Assembly: GCA_041568755.1 (NCBI GenBank)
Contig: JBFFZF010000001.1
Location: 1,033 to 65,032, forward strand
Origin: Longimicrobiales bacterium
GTDB lineage: Bacteria; Gemmatimonadota; Gemmatimonadetes; Longimicrobiales; RSA9
Direction of reading: 5' to 3'
Length of the DNA stretch: 64,000 bases
The first letter of the stretch is position 1. Each line of letters opens with the position of its first letter. Below are positions 1 to 8,086 of the stretch, in pieces. Position numbers and translations under genes: made by a program. A model generated the notes under the pieces. The model was not told the DNA's origin. It worked only from the letters and a program-made list of their open reading frames with translations, and made no database searches.

Positions 1-210
1 GTGCGCGCGTTGCGCGCCGTGACGAGCGTGCCGATCGCCGTCGGCTTCGGCATCTCGACGCCGCAACAGGCCGCGCGCGTCGCAGCAGCCGCGGACGGCG
101 TCGTCGTGGGCAGTGCGCTCATCGATGCGATCGAGCGCGGTGGCCCGGCGGAGGCCGGCCGTCTGCTGCGCGAGATGCGCGCCGCGCTGGACGCAGCACC
201 CGCGAGCTGA
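1..210 (+). CDS. trpA: tryptophan synthase alpha subunit, C-terminal 69 codons (5' end lies outside the window)
   Basis: ORF runs in from the window edge. '[15 protein letters not shown]...GVVVGSALI' matches the conserved TrpA C-terminal region. TGA at 208-210. Confidence 0.85.
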   Translation: MRALRAVTSVPIAVGFGISTPQQAARVAAAADGVVVGSALIDAIERGGPAEAGRLLREMRAALDAAPAS

Positions 211-230
211 CGGGCGCCCCGCCGCGCCCA

Positions 231-1880
231 TCAGTCCGTGCCGGTCTCCGCCTCGTCGTCCCCGTCTGCGCGCAGGCGATCGAGCAGGCCGGCGTCCGGC
301 GCGACGAAGACGGTACGCGCCCGTTCGATCATCACCAGGCCGGGCGGAGATTTGCGCGGCTTGCGCACGTACTTGCGGCGCGTCCAGTCCACGGGGACGG
401 TGCCGGACGTGCGCGCGCGGCTGTGCAGCGCCGCCAGGTTGGCAGCTTCGCGCAGATCGGCGGCGGGCGGGTTGGCGTCGCGCGATGGCCAGCGCAGCAC
501 GACGTGAGCGCCGCCGGCATCGCGCGCATGCAGCCAGATGTCGTCGGGCGACGAGTGGTGGAACGTGAGATCGTCGTTGGCCCGTGCGTTCCTGCCGATG
601 CGAACCTCGAGCCCGCCCGTCGTCCGGAAGCGGTGGTAGGGAAGCGGCCCGCTGCGCCGGCGCGGCCGGGCCTGCGCAGCGGGCCGTTCCACCACGATCG
701 CCTCGCCCCGCTCCGCGCGCGCCTGCAGGTCGCTGGCGCGGGCGAGTTCCTTCTCCGCACGGCGCAGCATTGCGGGCAACCTGGCCGCGGCGCGATCGCG
801 CCGCTTCGCTTCGGCATAGAGGCGGGCAGCCTGCTCGGCCGGCCGGATCGCCGGGTCCAGCTCGACGGTGATCCGGCCGCCGGCGAAGTCATCCAGCTCG
901 ATCGACGTCGCACCGCGCGGAACGCGGTCCAGCTGGGCGAGCAGCAGGTCGGCGTTGCGCCGCAGCTCGGCCGCCTGCCCGGGTGCGCCCTCCGCCTGCT
1001 GGCGCAGCCTCTCGATGCGACGCGTGATGCGCGCACGCCGTGCGCGCCAGTGCGCAGCCGCTTCCCCGGCGGGTCCCTGCCCGGCGGGCGCGGGCACGGC
1101 AGCGAAAGCCGCCAGCAGGTCGGGCACGGTCTCGCACCGCCAGCCGGGCAGCGCCACGGGATACGGCTGCACGTGGCCGTCCCTGCGCAGAACACACGCC
1201 TCCGATCGTTCGCTCCATGCGATGTGCACGTACCGCTCCCACGCTTCACCGAGCGCGTCGCTGTCGTCGTTCGCCGTCGCGCGGCCGAGGACGGCCTGCG
1301 CGTTGATGCTGCTCGTCCACGCCACGTGCGCGATGAGCGTTGCGCCGCGTGCCCCGGGCTCGACCGGCTGGAGCAGCGCACGGAACGACGGCTCGTCGAG
1401 CGGTGCCTCGACGCCCAGCCGCAACGTCGGGTCAGGTGGCGCCCAGCTGGAGCCGGGCAACCGTGCGGCGCGGCCGCGACCCTTCGGAAACAGGGCGGCG
1501 CGGATGCGGTCATCGGCGCCGAGCAGCACCGCGTTGTGGCGGTGCGGCAGCAGCTCGAGCACCAGGCGGAGCTCGCCCGCATCCGGCGCGAGGAAGGTCC
1601 AGGTCAGGAGGCGATCATCGGGAACGGCCGCGACCCCGGCAACCGTGCAGCCGGCCGGCAGCAGGGAAGGGGCGCGCGGCAGGCGCTCGCGGAGGCGGAC
1701 GATCCGGAGGTCGCGCCGGCTGAGGTGCAGGCGCAACGCGCCCGTCGGCTGCAGCGCGAGGACGACGTCGCCGTCGCCATCGCCGCCGAGCGCGAGCGAC
1801 CGGACATGCCGACCGGTCAGGACGGCGTCGAGCGCGTCGGCCAGGCCGCGGACCAGCAGGGCATCGAACCGGATCGTCAT
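231..1880 (-). CDS. NFACT/RqcH-like protein (FbpA-type N-terminus plus DUF814)
   Basis: Track ORF 231..2039 trimmed to the ATG at 1880 ('MTIRFDALLVRGLADAL', a typical NFACT N-terminus). The C-terminal 'GLEVRIGRNARANDDLTFHHSSPDDIWLHARDAGGAHVVL' is the DUF814 signature. Confidence 0.8.
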   Translation of the reverse strand: MTIRFDALLVRGLADALDAVLTGRHVRSLALGGDGDGDVVLALQPTGALRLHLSRRDLRIVRLRERLPRAPSLLPAGCTVAGVAAVPDDRLLTWTFLAPDAGELRLVLELLPHRHNAVLLGADDRIRAALFPKGRGRAARLPGSSWAPPDPTLRLGVEAPLDEPSFRALLQPVEPGARGATLIAHVAWTSSINAQAVLGRATANDDSDALGEAWERYVHIAWSERSEACVLRRDGHVQPYPVALPGWRCETVPDLLAAFAAVPAPAGQGPAGEAAAHWRARRARITRRIERLRQQAEGAPGQAAELRRNADLLLAQLDRVPRGATSIELDDFAGGRITVELDPAIRPAEQAARLYAEAKRRDRAAARLPAMLRRAEKELARASDLQARAERGEAIVVERPAAQARPRRRSGPLPYHRFRTTGGLEVRIGRNARANDDLTFHHSSPDDIWLHARDAGGAHVVLRWPSRDANPPAADLREAANLAALHSRARTSGTVPVDWTRRKYVRKPRKSPPGLVMIERARTVFVAPDAGLLDRLRADGDDEAETGTD

Positions 1881-1930
1881 GCCGCGAACTTGGACCGCGC
1901 CAGAGGAGAGGTCAACGCCGCACGATTGCT

Positions 1931-1959
1931 TTGACACCATCGTGGGCCGGCGGTAGCTT
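1931..1959 (+). promoter_or_regulatory. candidate sigma70-type promoter TTGACA-N17-TAGCTT directly upstream of panB
   Basis: TTGACA at 1931-1936, a 17-nt spacer, then TAGCTT at 1954-1959. The panB GTG at 1966 lies 7 nt after the -10 element, implying a leaderless or near-leaderless mRNA. Confidence 0.4.
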
Positions 1960-1965
1960 CGATCC

Positions 1966-2775
1966 GTGACCGAGCGCAACGTGACCGTCCGCCACCTGTG
2001 GGAGATGAAGCAGCGCGGCGAGAAGATCGTCGCGCTCACGGCCTACGATTTCCTGTTCGCACGGCTCGTCGACGCGTGCGGCGTCGACATCGTCCTCGTC
2101 GGTGACTCCGTCGGTCAGGTCTTCTCCGGATACGACACGACCATCCCCGTCACGCTGGACGAGATGATCTACCACGCGCGCGCCGTACGCCGGGCTGTCC
2201 GGCACGGGCTCATCGTGGTCGACATGCCGTTCCTGTCGTTTCACATCTCACCGGCAGAAACCGTGCGCAACGCGGGCCGGGTGCTCAAGGAGACGGGCGC
2301 GCAGGCGGTCAAGATCGAGGGCGGGAGTGCGCTGGCGGCCGAACACGTGCACGCGCTGACGGGTGCAGGAATCGCCGTCATGGGACACATCGGGCTGACA
2401 CCGCAGTCCGTACACGCCATGGGCGGATACCGCGTGCAGGGTCGCGACGAGGATGCGGCGGCCAGGCTGCAGGCCGATGCGGCGCGTCTCCAGTCGGCTG
2501 GCGCGTTTGCCATGGTTCTCGAGTTGACGCCGGCGACGCTCGCGGGCGGCATCAGCCGCTCCCTCGACATACCGACCATCGGTATCGGCGCCGGTCCGGA
2601 AACGGACGGCCAGGTGCTGGTGCTGTACGACGTGCTCGGTCTGAACGAAGCCTTCCGGCCGAAGTTCCTGCGCCGTTTCGCCGGCCTGGCCGACGCGGCG
2701 CGCGACGGCATCCGCGCGTACGCCGACGCTGTGCGCTCCGGCGCCTACCCGGACGCAGAGCACTCCTTCGAGTGA
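1966..2775 (+). CDS. panB: 3-methyl-2-oxobutanoate hydroxymethyltransferase
   Basis: 269 aa with a GTG start. 'KIVALTAYDFLFARLVDACGVDIVLVGDSVGQV' is the PanB N-terminal signature. Overlaps panC by GTGA. Confidence 0.95.
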   Translation: MTERNVTVRHLWEMKQRGEKIVALTAYDFLFARLVDACGVDIVLVGDSVGQVFSGYDTTIPVTLDEMIYHARAVRRAVRHGLIVVDMPFLSFHISPAETVRNAGRVLKETGAQAVKIEGGSALAAEHVHALTGAGIAVMGHIGLTPQSVHAMGGYRVQGRDEDAAARLQADAARLQSAGAFAMVLELTPATLAGGISRSLDIPTIGIGAGPETDGQVLVLYDVLGLNEAFRPKFLRRFAGLADAARDGIRAYADAVRSGAYPDAEHSFE

Positions 2776-3617
2776 TCCGGGCCGGCACGCGCGACGAGCT
2801 GCAGCCTGTGCTGGCGGCCGCCCGCGCCGCCGGCCGGCGCATCGCCCTGGTGCCGACCATGGGCGCCCTGCACGAGGGACACCTCTCCCTGATCGACCGT
2901 GCGCGGCGGGCCGCCGACTTCATCGTGATGTCCGTCTTCGTCAATCCGCTGCAGTTCGGCCCCGGCGAGGACTACGCACAGTACCCCCGTGACGTGGAGC
3001 GGGACGCGACACTGGCAGCGGCACGCGGTGTCGACCTGCTGTTCGCTCCGGACCGCTCGATCATGTATCCGTACGGCGACCCGGCGGCGCTCATCGCTGC
3101 CCCGGGCCTGGACAGCCGGCTGTGCGGCGCGTTCCGACCGGGCCACTTCCGCGGCGTGCTCACCGTCGTAGCCAAGCTGTTCCACGTGACAGGCGCGGAC
3201 GTGGCCGTGTTCGGCCGCAAGGACCTGCAGCAGCTCGTCATGATCCGGGCGATGGTGCGCGATCTGGATTTCCCCGTCGAGATCCTCGATGCACCGATCG
3301 TCCGCGAAGCCGACGGCCTGGCGCTCAGCTCACGCAACGCCTACCTGTCGACCGAAGAGCGGCCCCAGGCTGCACGCCTGCATCAGTCGCTCGAGCGGGC
3401 CCAGGCCGCATTCAGCGGAGGCGAGGTTGCCGCTGCAGGCCTCATCGCGCACGTGACGGCCGTCCTGTCCGGCGGAAACCTGGTGCGGCCGCAGTACGTG
3501 GATGTCGTGGATGCCACGACGCTGTCCGGTGTCGAGCGCGCACGCCCCGGCGATGTGATCGCCGTTGCGGCGCACGTCGGCTCGACCCGCCTCATCGACA
3601 ACCACACGCTGACATGA
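2772..3617 (+). CDS. panC: pantoate--beta-alanine ligase
   Basis: 281 aa. 'ALVPTMGALHEGHLSLI' is the HIGH-type PanC motif. Coupled to panB. Confidence 0.95.
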   Translation: MIRAGTRDELQPVLAAARAAGRRIALVPTMGALHEGHLSLIDRARRAADFIVMSVFVNPLQFGPGEDYAQYPRDVERDATLAAARGVDLLFAPDRSIMYPYGDPAALIAAPGLDSRLCGAFRPGHFRGVLTVVAKLFHVTGADVAVFGRKDLQQLVMIRAMVRDLDFPVEILDAPIVREADGLALSSRNAYLSTEERPQAARLHQSLERAQAAFSGGEVAAAGLIAHVTAVLSGGNLVRPQYVDVVDATTLSGVERARPGDVIAVAAHVGSTRLIDNHTLT

Positions 3618-4216
3618 GCCGACGCGGGCAGAAACTGCTGGAGCGAGCCTCGCGCGGCATCCTGCCGCGCTGGATGGAGGCGGGCCGGAAGCGGCGCGAG
3701 CATATGGAGCGCGTCGCCACCGTGCTCGGAGAGTGGGCCGATCAGCTCGGCCTGGCCGGGGCCGATCGCATCCGGTGGGTGGCGACCGGCTGGCTGCACG
3801 ACATGCTGCGCGACGCGACCGCCTCGCAGATGCGACCGTGGCTCGAGGACCGGTTCAGGGCACTGCCCGAATCGTTCTGGCACGGGCCGGTCACCGCCGT
3901 GCGGCTGGCCGAGGAGGGCGTCGATGACGACGAGGTGCTCGACGCGATCCGCTACCACACGCTGGGCCACCCGGACCTCGGACAGCTCGGGCGCGCCCTC
4001 ATCGCGGCCGACTTTCTCGAGCCCGGGCGCAAGGAACGGGTGGGGTGGAACGCCGGTCGGCGCCGGCATGCGCCCGGGCAGATGGACGTGGTCGTGCGCG
4101 ATGTGATCCGCGCCAAGCTCGAGCGCGCCCTCAAGCGCAAACAGCCGATCCGCCCCGAGATGGTGGCGATGTGGAACGCCGTGTGTTCGACGCGGGCCCC
4201 GCAGGAGCGGCCGTGA
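3614..4216 (+). CDS. HD-domain phosphohydrolase (YqeK-like)
   Basis: Track ORF 3122..4216 trimmed to the ATG at 3614, which overlaps the panC stop (ATGA). 'WLHDMLRD' is an HD motif, and 'HTLGHPDLGQLGRALIAADFLEPGR' is also present. Confidence 0.7.
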   Translation: MSRRGQKLLERASRGILPRWMEAGRKRREHMERVATVLGEWADQLGLAGADRIRWVATGWLHDMLRDATASQMRPWLEDRFRALPESFWHGPVTAVRLAEEGVDDDEVLDAIRYHTLGHPDLGQLGRALIAADFLEPGRKERVGWNAGRRRHAPGQMDVVVRDVIRAKLERALKRKQPIRPEMVAMWNAVCSTRAPQERP

Positions 4217-4668
4217 GTTCGTCGCTCCGTGACGTCGCGCAGCTGACGCTGCTGGTACTCGTGTTCGCTGCGGCGGCCTCGTTTGTCGTTTCATTCGCAC
4301 GCGGACTCGGCGGCTTCCGCGGCGCGCCCGAGCCGCCCCCCGCTCCCACGCAGTGGTCCGCGCCCGCCAACATCGATGGACGCGTCGTGGGCCGCGTCGA
4401 AGTGTTCAACAGCGCCGGGCGCTCCGGCCTGGCCCGCGAGGCGACCGGGCTCCTCAGGGATGCCGGGTTCGATGTCGTCTTCTACGGGAACGGCAGCCGG
4501 GCCGACTCGTCCGTCGTCCTGCAGCGCAACACCAATCCCGGTGTGGCGCGCTCGGCCGCCGACGCACTCGGCATCCGCAGCGTGATCGTGCGGGAGGACG
4601 CATCGCTGCTCGTCGATGCGACCGTCATCCTGGGCGCCGACTGGCAGCAGCGCGCCCGGCGCGACTGA
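4213..4668 (+). CDS. LytR_C-domain membrane-anchored protein
   Basis: The GTG at 4213 overlaps the upstream stop (GTGA). One N-terminal TM helix ('LTLLVLVFAAAASFVVSF') is followed by 'RVEVFNSAGRSGLAREATGLLRDAGFDVV...TVILGADW', typical of the LytR C-terminal domain. Confidence 0.7.
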   Translation: MSSSLRDVAQLTLLVLVFAAAASFVVSFARGLGGFRGAPEPPPAPTQWSAPANIDGRVVGRVEVFNSAGRSGLAREATGLLRDAGFDVVFYGNGSRADSSVVLQRNTNPGVARSAADALGIRSVIVREDASLLVDATVILGADWQQRARRD

Positions 4669-4682
4669 GGCTGGCGCCGGAG

Positions 4683-5804
4683 TCAGCTTCCGGAAGACGG
4701 TGCCGCGGCCTGCGTCAGCTGGACGTAGGGGCGGGGCGGATGGACGGCGTGCTCCGCGCGCAGCTGCCCGCACGCGGCGGCGATATCCAGGCCTCGCGCC
4801 TCCCGGACCGTGGCATTCACGCCCTCGCCCTGCAGCGTCGCGGCGAAAGCGCGCTGCGCAGCCGGTGTCGGAGGGCGCCAGGCGGGCCCGGGAATCGGGT
4901 TGTACGGGATCAGGTTGACGTGCGCGCGAAACTCCCGGATCAGCGCCGCCAGGGCGCGCGCATGCCGGGGTTCGTCGTTCAACCCGGCGATCAGGATGTA
5001 CTCGAACGTGATGCGCCGCCCTCCGGCGGCATCGAACGCACGCAGCGCGTCCAACAACTCGGGCAGCGGGTACTTCTTCTCGAGCGGGACGAGGCGCGCG
5101 CGCAGCGCGGAGTCCGGCGCGTGCAGCGAGACGGCCAGGCGGAACTGCTCGGGTCGCGCGGCCAGCTCGAGGATGCCGGGCACCACACCCACCGTCGAAA
5201 CGGTCACGCGGCGTGCGCCGACGCCGTACGCTCCGTTGAGCAGCGTCAGCGCCGGCATGACCGCCTGCCGGTTGGCGAGCGGCTCGCCCATGCCCATGAA
5301 GACGATGTTCGTAATCTCGCCCGCTCCGTGCGCGCGCGCCCAGCGTCGCGCGCCGCGGAACTGACCGACGATCTCACCGGGCGTGAGCTGGCGCCGGTAG
5401 CCGGACCAGCCTGTCGCGCAGAAGACGCACGCCATGGCGCAGCCGGCCTGGGAGGACAGGCACAAGGTGAGGCGCGAGCCGGCCGGGATGAGCACCGATT
5501 CGATGAGTTCGCCATCCGCCAGACGCCAGAGGTGCTTGACCGTCCCGTCCTGCGAGCGCGACACCGTCGCCTCGACAGGCGCGCCGAGGACGAACCGGTC
5601 GGCCAGCGCAGCGCGTTCCGGCGCGGGGAGATCCGTCCATTCCTCGAAACGGACGCTATCGCGATCGTACAGCCAGGCGAGCGCCTGTCCTGTCCGGTAG
5701 CCGGGCTGCCCGCGCGCCCGGAAGTGCGTGGCCAGGCTGTCCTCCGCACGCTCGCGTCCGAGGTCGAGCAGCGCGGGCGCGTCGGTGCCGGACGACGCAG
5801 CCAT
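4683..5804 (-). CDS. rlmN: 23S rRNA/tRNA (adenine-C2)-methyltransferase, radical SAM
   Basis: Track ORF trimmed to the ATG at 5804 ('MAASSGTDAPALLDL'), which overlaps the upstream stop (ATGA). Contains the 'CLSSQAGCAMACVFCATG' radical-SAM cluster and 'GMGEPLAN'. Confidence 0.93.
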   Translation of the reverse strand: MAASSGTDAPALLDLGRERAEDSLATHFRARGQPGYRTGQALAWLYDRDSVRFEEWTDLPAPERAALADRFVLGAPVEATVSRSQDGTVKHLWRLADGELIESVLIPAGSRLTLCLSSQAGCAMACVFCATGWSGYRRQLTPGEIVGQFRGARRWARAHGAGEITNIVFMGMGEPLANRQAVMPALTLLNGAYGVGARRVTVSTVGVVPGILELAARPEQFRLAVSLHAPDSALRARLVPLEKKYPLPELLDALRAFDAAGGRRITFEYILIAGLNDEPRHARALAALIREFRAHVNLIPYNPIPGPAWRPPTPAAQRAFAATLQGEGVNATVREARGLDIAAACGQLRAEHAVHPPRPYVQLTQAAAPSSGS

Positions 5805-6703
5805 CAGAAGGTCACGCTGAGCCGGAACGCGTGGACCGCGCCCGACGCGTTGGGCAGTTCTTCGCGCAGCGCCGAGACGGTGTAGCGCGTGAGGCGCAGG
5901 CTGACGCTGGCCAGTGGATCCCACGTCCGGCCGTCGGCCCCCGGCTCGCCGCCCATGCCCGCGCTCACGACGACGTGGTCCGCCCAGTGCGCCACGCCCG
6001 CCCAGCGGAGTGAGACGCCGTGGAAGCGAGGCGACCCGCCCGCCCCGCCCGCGGCGCGGAACAACCAGCCCCCGGCTCGCAGCGCCGCCGGCGCCAGTTC
6101 GATCCCCGCCGTCCAGGTCGCGCCCTCGTCGTCCAACCGCACGGCACCGCCGATGCGCGGCGCGAGGGGCAAGGAGGGCTCGACCAGGGCGCCAGCGCCG
6201 ATCTCGACCACGTCCTGGCCGCCCAGCGCGTCCGCCGCGCGGGCGTACTGCACACCGGCGCCGATCGCGACGCGCGTCCCGGCCCTGCGCGTCGCGGCGA
6301 CCGCAAGCACGTTCTCGCCGATCTCAATGAGCGAAGCACCGCCGGCCGGTGGCAGGGGCGAAGTCGTCGTTTCCTCGATGTCGTCGATGCCGACGTGCTG
6401 ATAGCCCAGCGCGATCGTCGTCCGTTCATCGAGGCGCCACGTGCCGGCCAGGGCGAACGCGCCCAGCCCGGTTTCGGTCGGACCCCGCACGTCCATCACC
6501 ACGACCTCGCCACGCATGGCCGATGCGGCCGTCGCCGGATTCCAGAACACGGCGATCGGGCCGGTCATGAGCGCATCCGGCCCGGCGGACATGCGGACCG
6601 GCAGATCGAGCACGCGCTGGGCCTGCGCCGCGCCGGGCAGCGCGGCGAGGAGAAGGGCGAGCCGGGCCGCGCCCGCGCACCTGACCCGTTGATGGTGTTC
6701 CAT
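5804..6703 (-). CDS. putative outer-membrane beta-barrel protein with signal peptide
   Basis: Start at ATG 6703 ('MEHHQRVRCAGAARLALLLAALPGAAQAQ' is a signal peptide). The sequence has an alternating beta-strand pattern and a C-terminal 'RLSVTF' ending in Phe. The family (PorV/PorP-like 'FWNPA') is not established. Confidence 0.6.
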   Translation of the reverse strand: MEHHQRVRCAGAARLALLLAALPGAAQAQRVLDLPVRMSAGPDALMTGPIAVFWNPATAASAMRGEVVVMDVRGPTETGLGAFALAGTWRLDERTTIALGYQHVGIDDIEETTTSPLPPAGGASLIEIGENVLAVAATRRAGTRVAIGAGVQYARAADALGGQDVVEIGAGALVEPSLPLAPRIGGAVRLDDEGATWTAGIELAPAALRAGGWLFRAAGGAGGSPRFHGVSLRWAGVAHWADHVVVSAGMGGEPGADGRTWDPLASVSLRLTRYTVSALREELPNASGAVHAFRLSVTF

Positions 6704-6773
6704 GCGTACCTTAACTTTACCCGACTCGGACCCGAGCGAAAACCCCCGTACAGCTGGCGTCGAGGTGTTCCTC

Positions 6774-7229
6774 GTGCAACTGACCGACCTGTTGACGATC
6801 GATCGGATTCGTATTCCGCTGAAGGCGGATACGAAGGAGGATCTGCTGCGCGAGCTCGTGTCCATCGTGGCGGCTGCGGATGGCATCGATGACCAGGAAG
6901 CCGTCCTGCGTGCCGTCAAGGAACGGGAATCCATCCTGTCCACCGGCATTGGCCACGGCGTCGCGATCCCGCACGGCAAGTCGCCCTCGGTGCCCGAGTT
7001 GCGCATGGCGGCGGGGCGGGCGGCGAATCCGGTCGACTTCGATGCGCTCGACGGCCAGCCCGTCGCGCTCTTTTTCCTGCTCGTCGGACCGGAATCGGCC
7101 GCGGGTCCCCACATCAAGGCGCTCAGCAGGATCTCGCGCATCGTGCGCCGCGATGACGTGCGCGACCGGCTGATCGCGGCGCGGTCGGCCGACGAGTTTC
7201 TGCGAACGCTTCAGGACGCCGAAGCCTGA
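6774..7229 (+). CDS. ptsN: PTS EIIA(Ntr)-type nitrogen regulatory protein
   Basis: 'ESILSTGIGHGVAIPHGK' carries the phospho-His motif, and 'DGQPVALFFLLVGPE' is also conserved. The start is uncertain: GTG 6774 is chosen, but the track start at 6702 is possible. Confidence 0.85.
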   Translation: MQLTDLLTIDRIRIPLKADTKEDLLRELVSIVAAADGIDDQEAVLRAVKERESILSTGIGHGVAIPHGKSPSVPELRMAAGRAANPVDFDALDGQPVALFFLLVGPESAAGPHIKALSRISRIVRRDDVRDRLIAARSADEFLRTLQDAEA

Positions 7230-7276
7230 GCCCGCCTGTCCGCACCGTCCCGCCCCTCGCGGACGGCGTTCGCCGG

Positions 7277-7651
7277 TCAGTCCACCGCTTCGTCGCCCGC
7301 GGCCTGGTTTCTCTGCCGCGCCGACATCGTGATGCGGCGACGCTCGACGTCGAGCATGTGCGTCAGGTTGCCGACGCCGTCCCGCAGCATGCGGACCTTG
7401 GCGCCGATGGGCATGCCGCGGCGTGCGGTCAGCTCGAGCGTGCTGCACTGGATGGCCATCGTATCGAAGCCCGCGCCGGTGAGCTGGAGCTTGAACTGAT
7501 TGAACGCGCGCCGGCACTGTCCGGCCAGCGCTTCGGGGTCGCCTCTCTCGACGGCGAGTCGCTCGACGAGCCCGCGCAGATGGTGCAGGCGAGTGGTGAA
7601 CGATTCCAGCGTCTGGAGCCGGTCACGGTCGGCGGGGGAAATGGAGGACAC
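7277..7651 (-). CDS. hypothetical helical protein (124 aa), possibly Hpt-like
   Basis: This is the 3' portion of the spurious 881-aa track ORF. The GTG at 7651 is preceded by GGAGG with a 2-nt gap. Contains 'RLHHLRG', resembling the Hpt H-x-L-K-G motif. No firm family assignment. Confidence 0.5.
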   Translation of the reverse strand: MSSISPADRDRLQTLESFTTRLHHLRGLVERLAVERGDPEALAGQCRRAFNQFKLQLTGAGFDTMAIQCSTLELTARRGMPIGAKVRMLRDGVGNLTHMLDVERRRITMSARQRNQAAGDEAVD

Positions 7652-7704
7652 GGCCTCCAACCTACCGGGTCGGGGGGCCGGCCGCGAGCCCCCGGGCCGG
7701 CCGG

Positions 7705-8070
7705 GTGCCGGCCGTGAGATGGCTGGCGTACGGGCCCGCAGTCCTCTGGGCGGCCTTTCTCCTGTACATTGGACAGCTCGAATTCGGCCCGGGGAGCAGC
7801 GGCTGGGTTCCGCCCGACAAGCTGGTGCATGGGGTCCTGTACGGGATCCTTGGCGGACTGCTCGCCGCGGGACGGCGGCGGGCGGGTGCGCGTCCCGGCC
7901 CCGGGCTGCTCCTCCTGGCAGGGGCCCTCGTCGGCCTGGTCGACGAGTGGTCGCAGCAGTTCGTCCCGACCCGGTCGTCCGATCCGCTGGACTGGATCGC
8001 GGACCTGGCCGGAGTCCTGACGGGGTTCCTCCTGGTCGCCGCGCTGGGTCGGCGCCGGGCGGGCCCATGA
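7705..8070 (+). CDS. VanZ-like family membrane protein
   Basis: 121 aa with 4 TM segments. 'DKLVHGVLYGILG' and 'DEWSQQFVPTRSSDPLDWIADLAGV' fit the VanZ pattern. Confidence 0.7.
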   Translation: MPAVRWLAYGPAVLWAAFLLYIGQLEFGPGSSGWVPPDKLVHGVLYGILGGLLAAGRRRAGARPGPGLLLLAGALVGLVDEWSQQFVPTRSSDPLDWIADLAGVLTGFLLVAALGRRRAGP

Positions 8071-8086
8071 ACCCGTGACGTACGTG

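Noticed and set aside
3122-3613. N-terminal extensions of track ORFs that overlap the preceding gene: 3122..4216, 4045..4668, 28363..30417, 54375..55487, 57715..60405, 60335..62725, 62614..63717, 42162..43493, 5804..7141.
   Set aside because: The extensions are low-complexity and overlap conserved upstream genes in another frame. Internal ATG/GTG codons with an SD or a 4-nt stop/start overlap give proteins of canonical length and N-termini.
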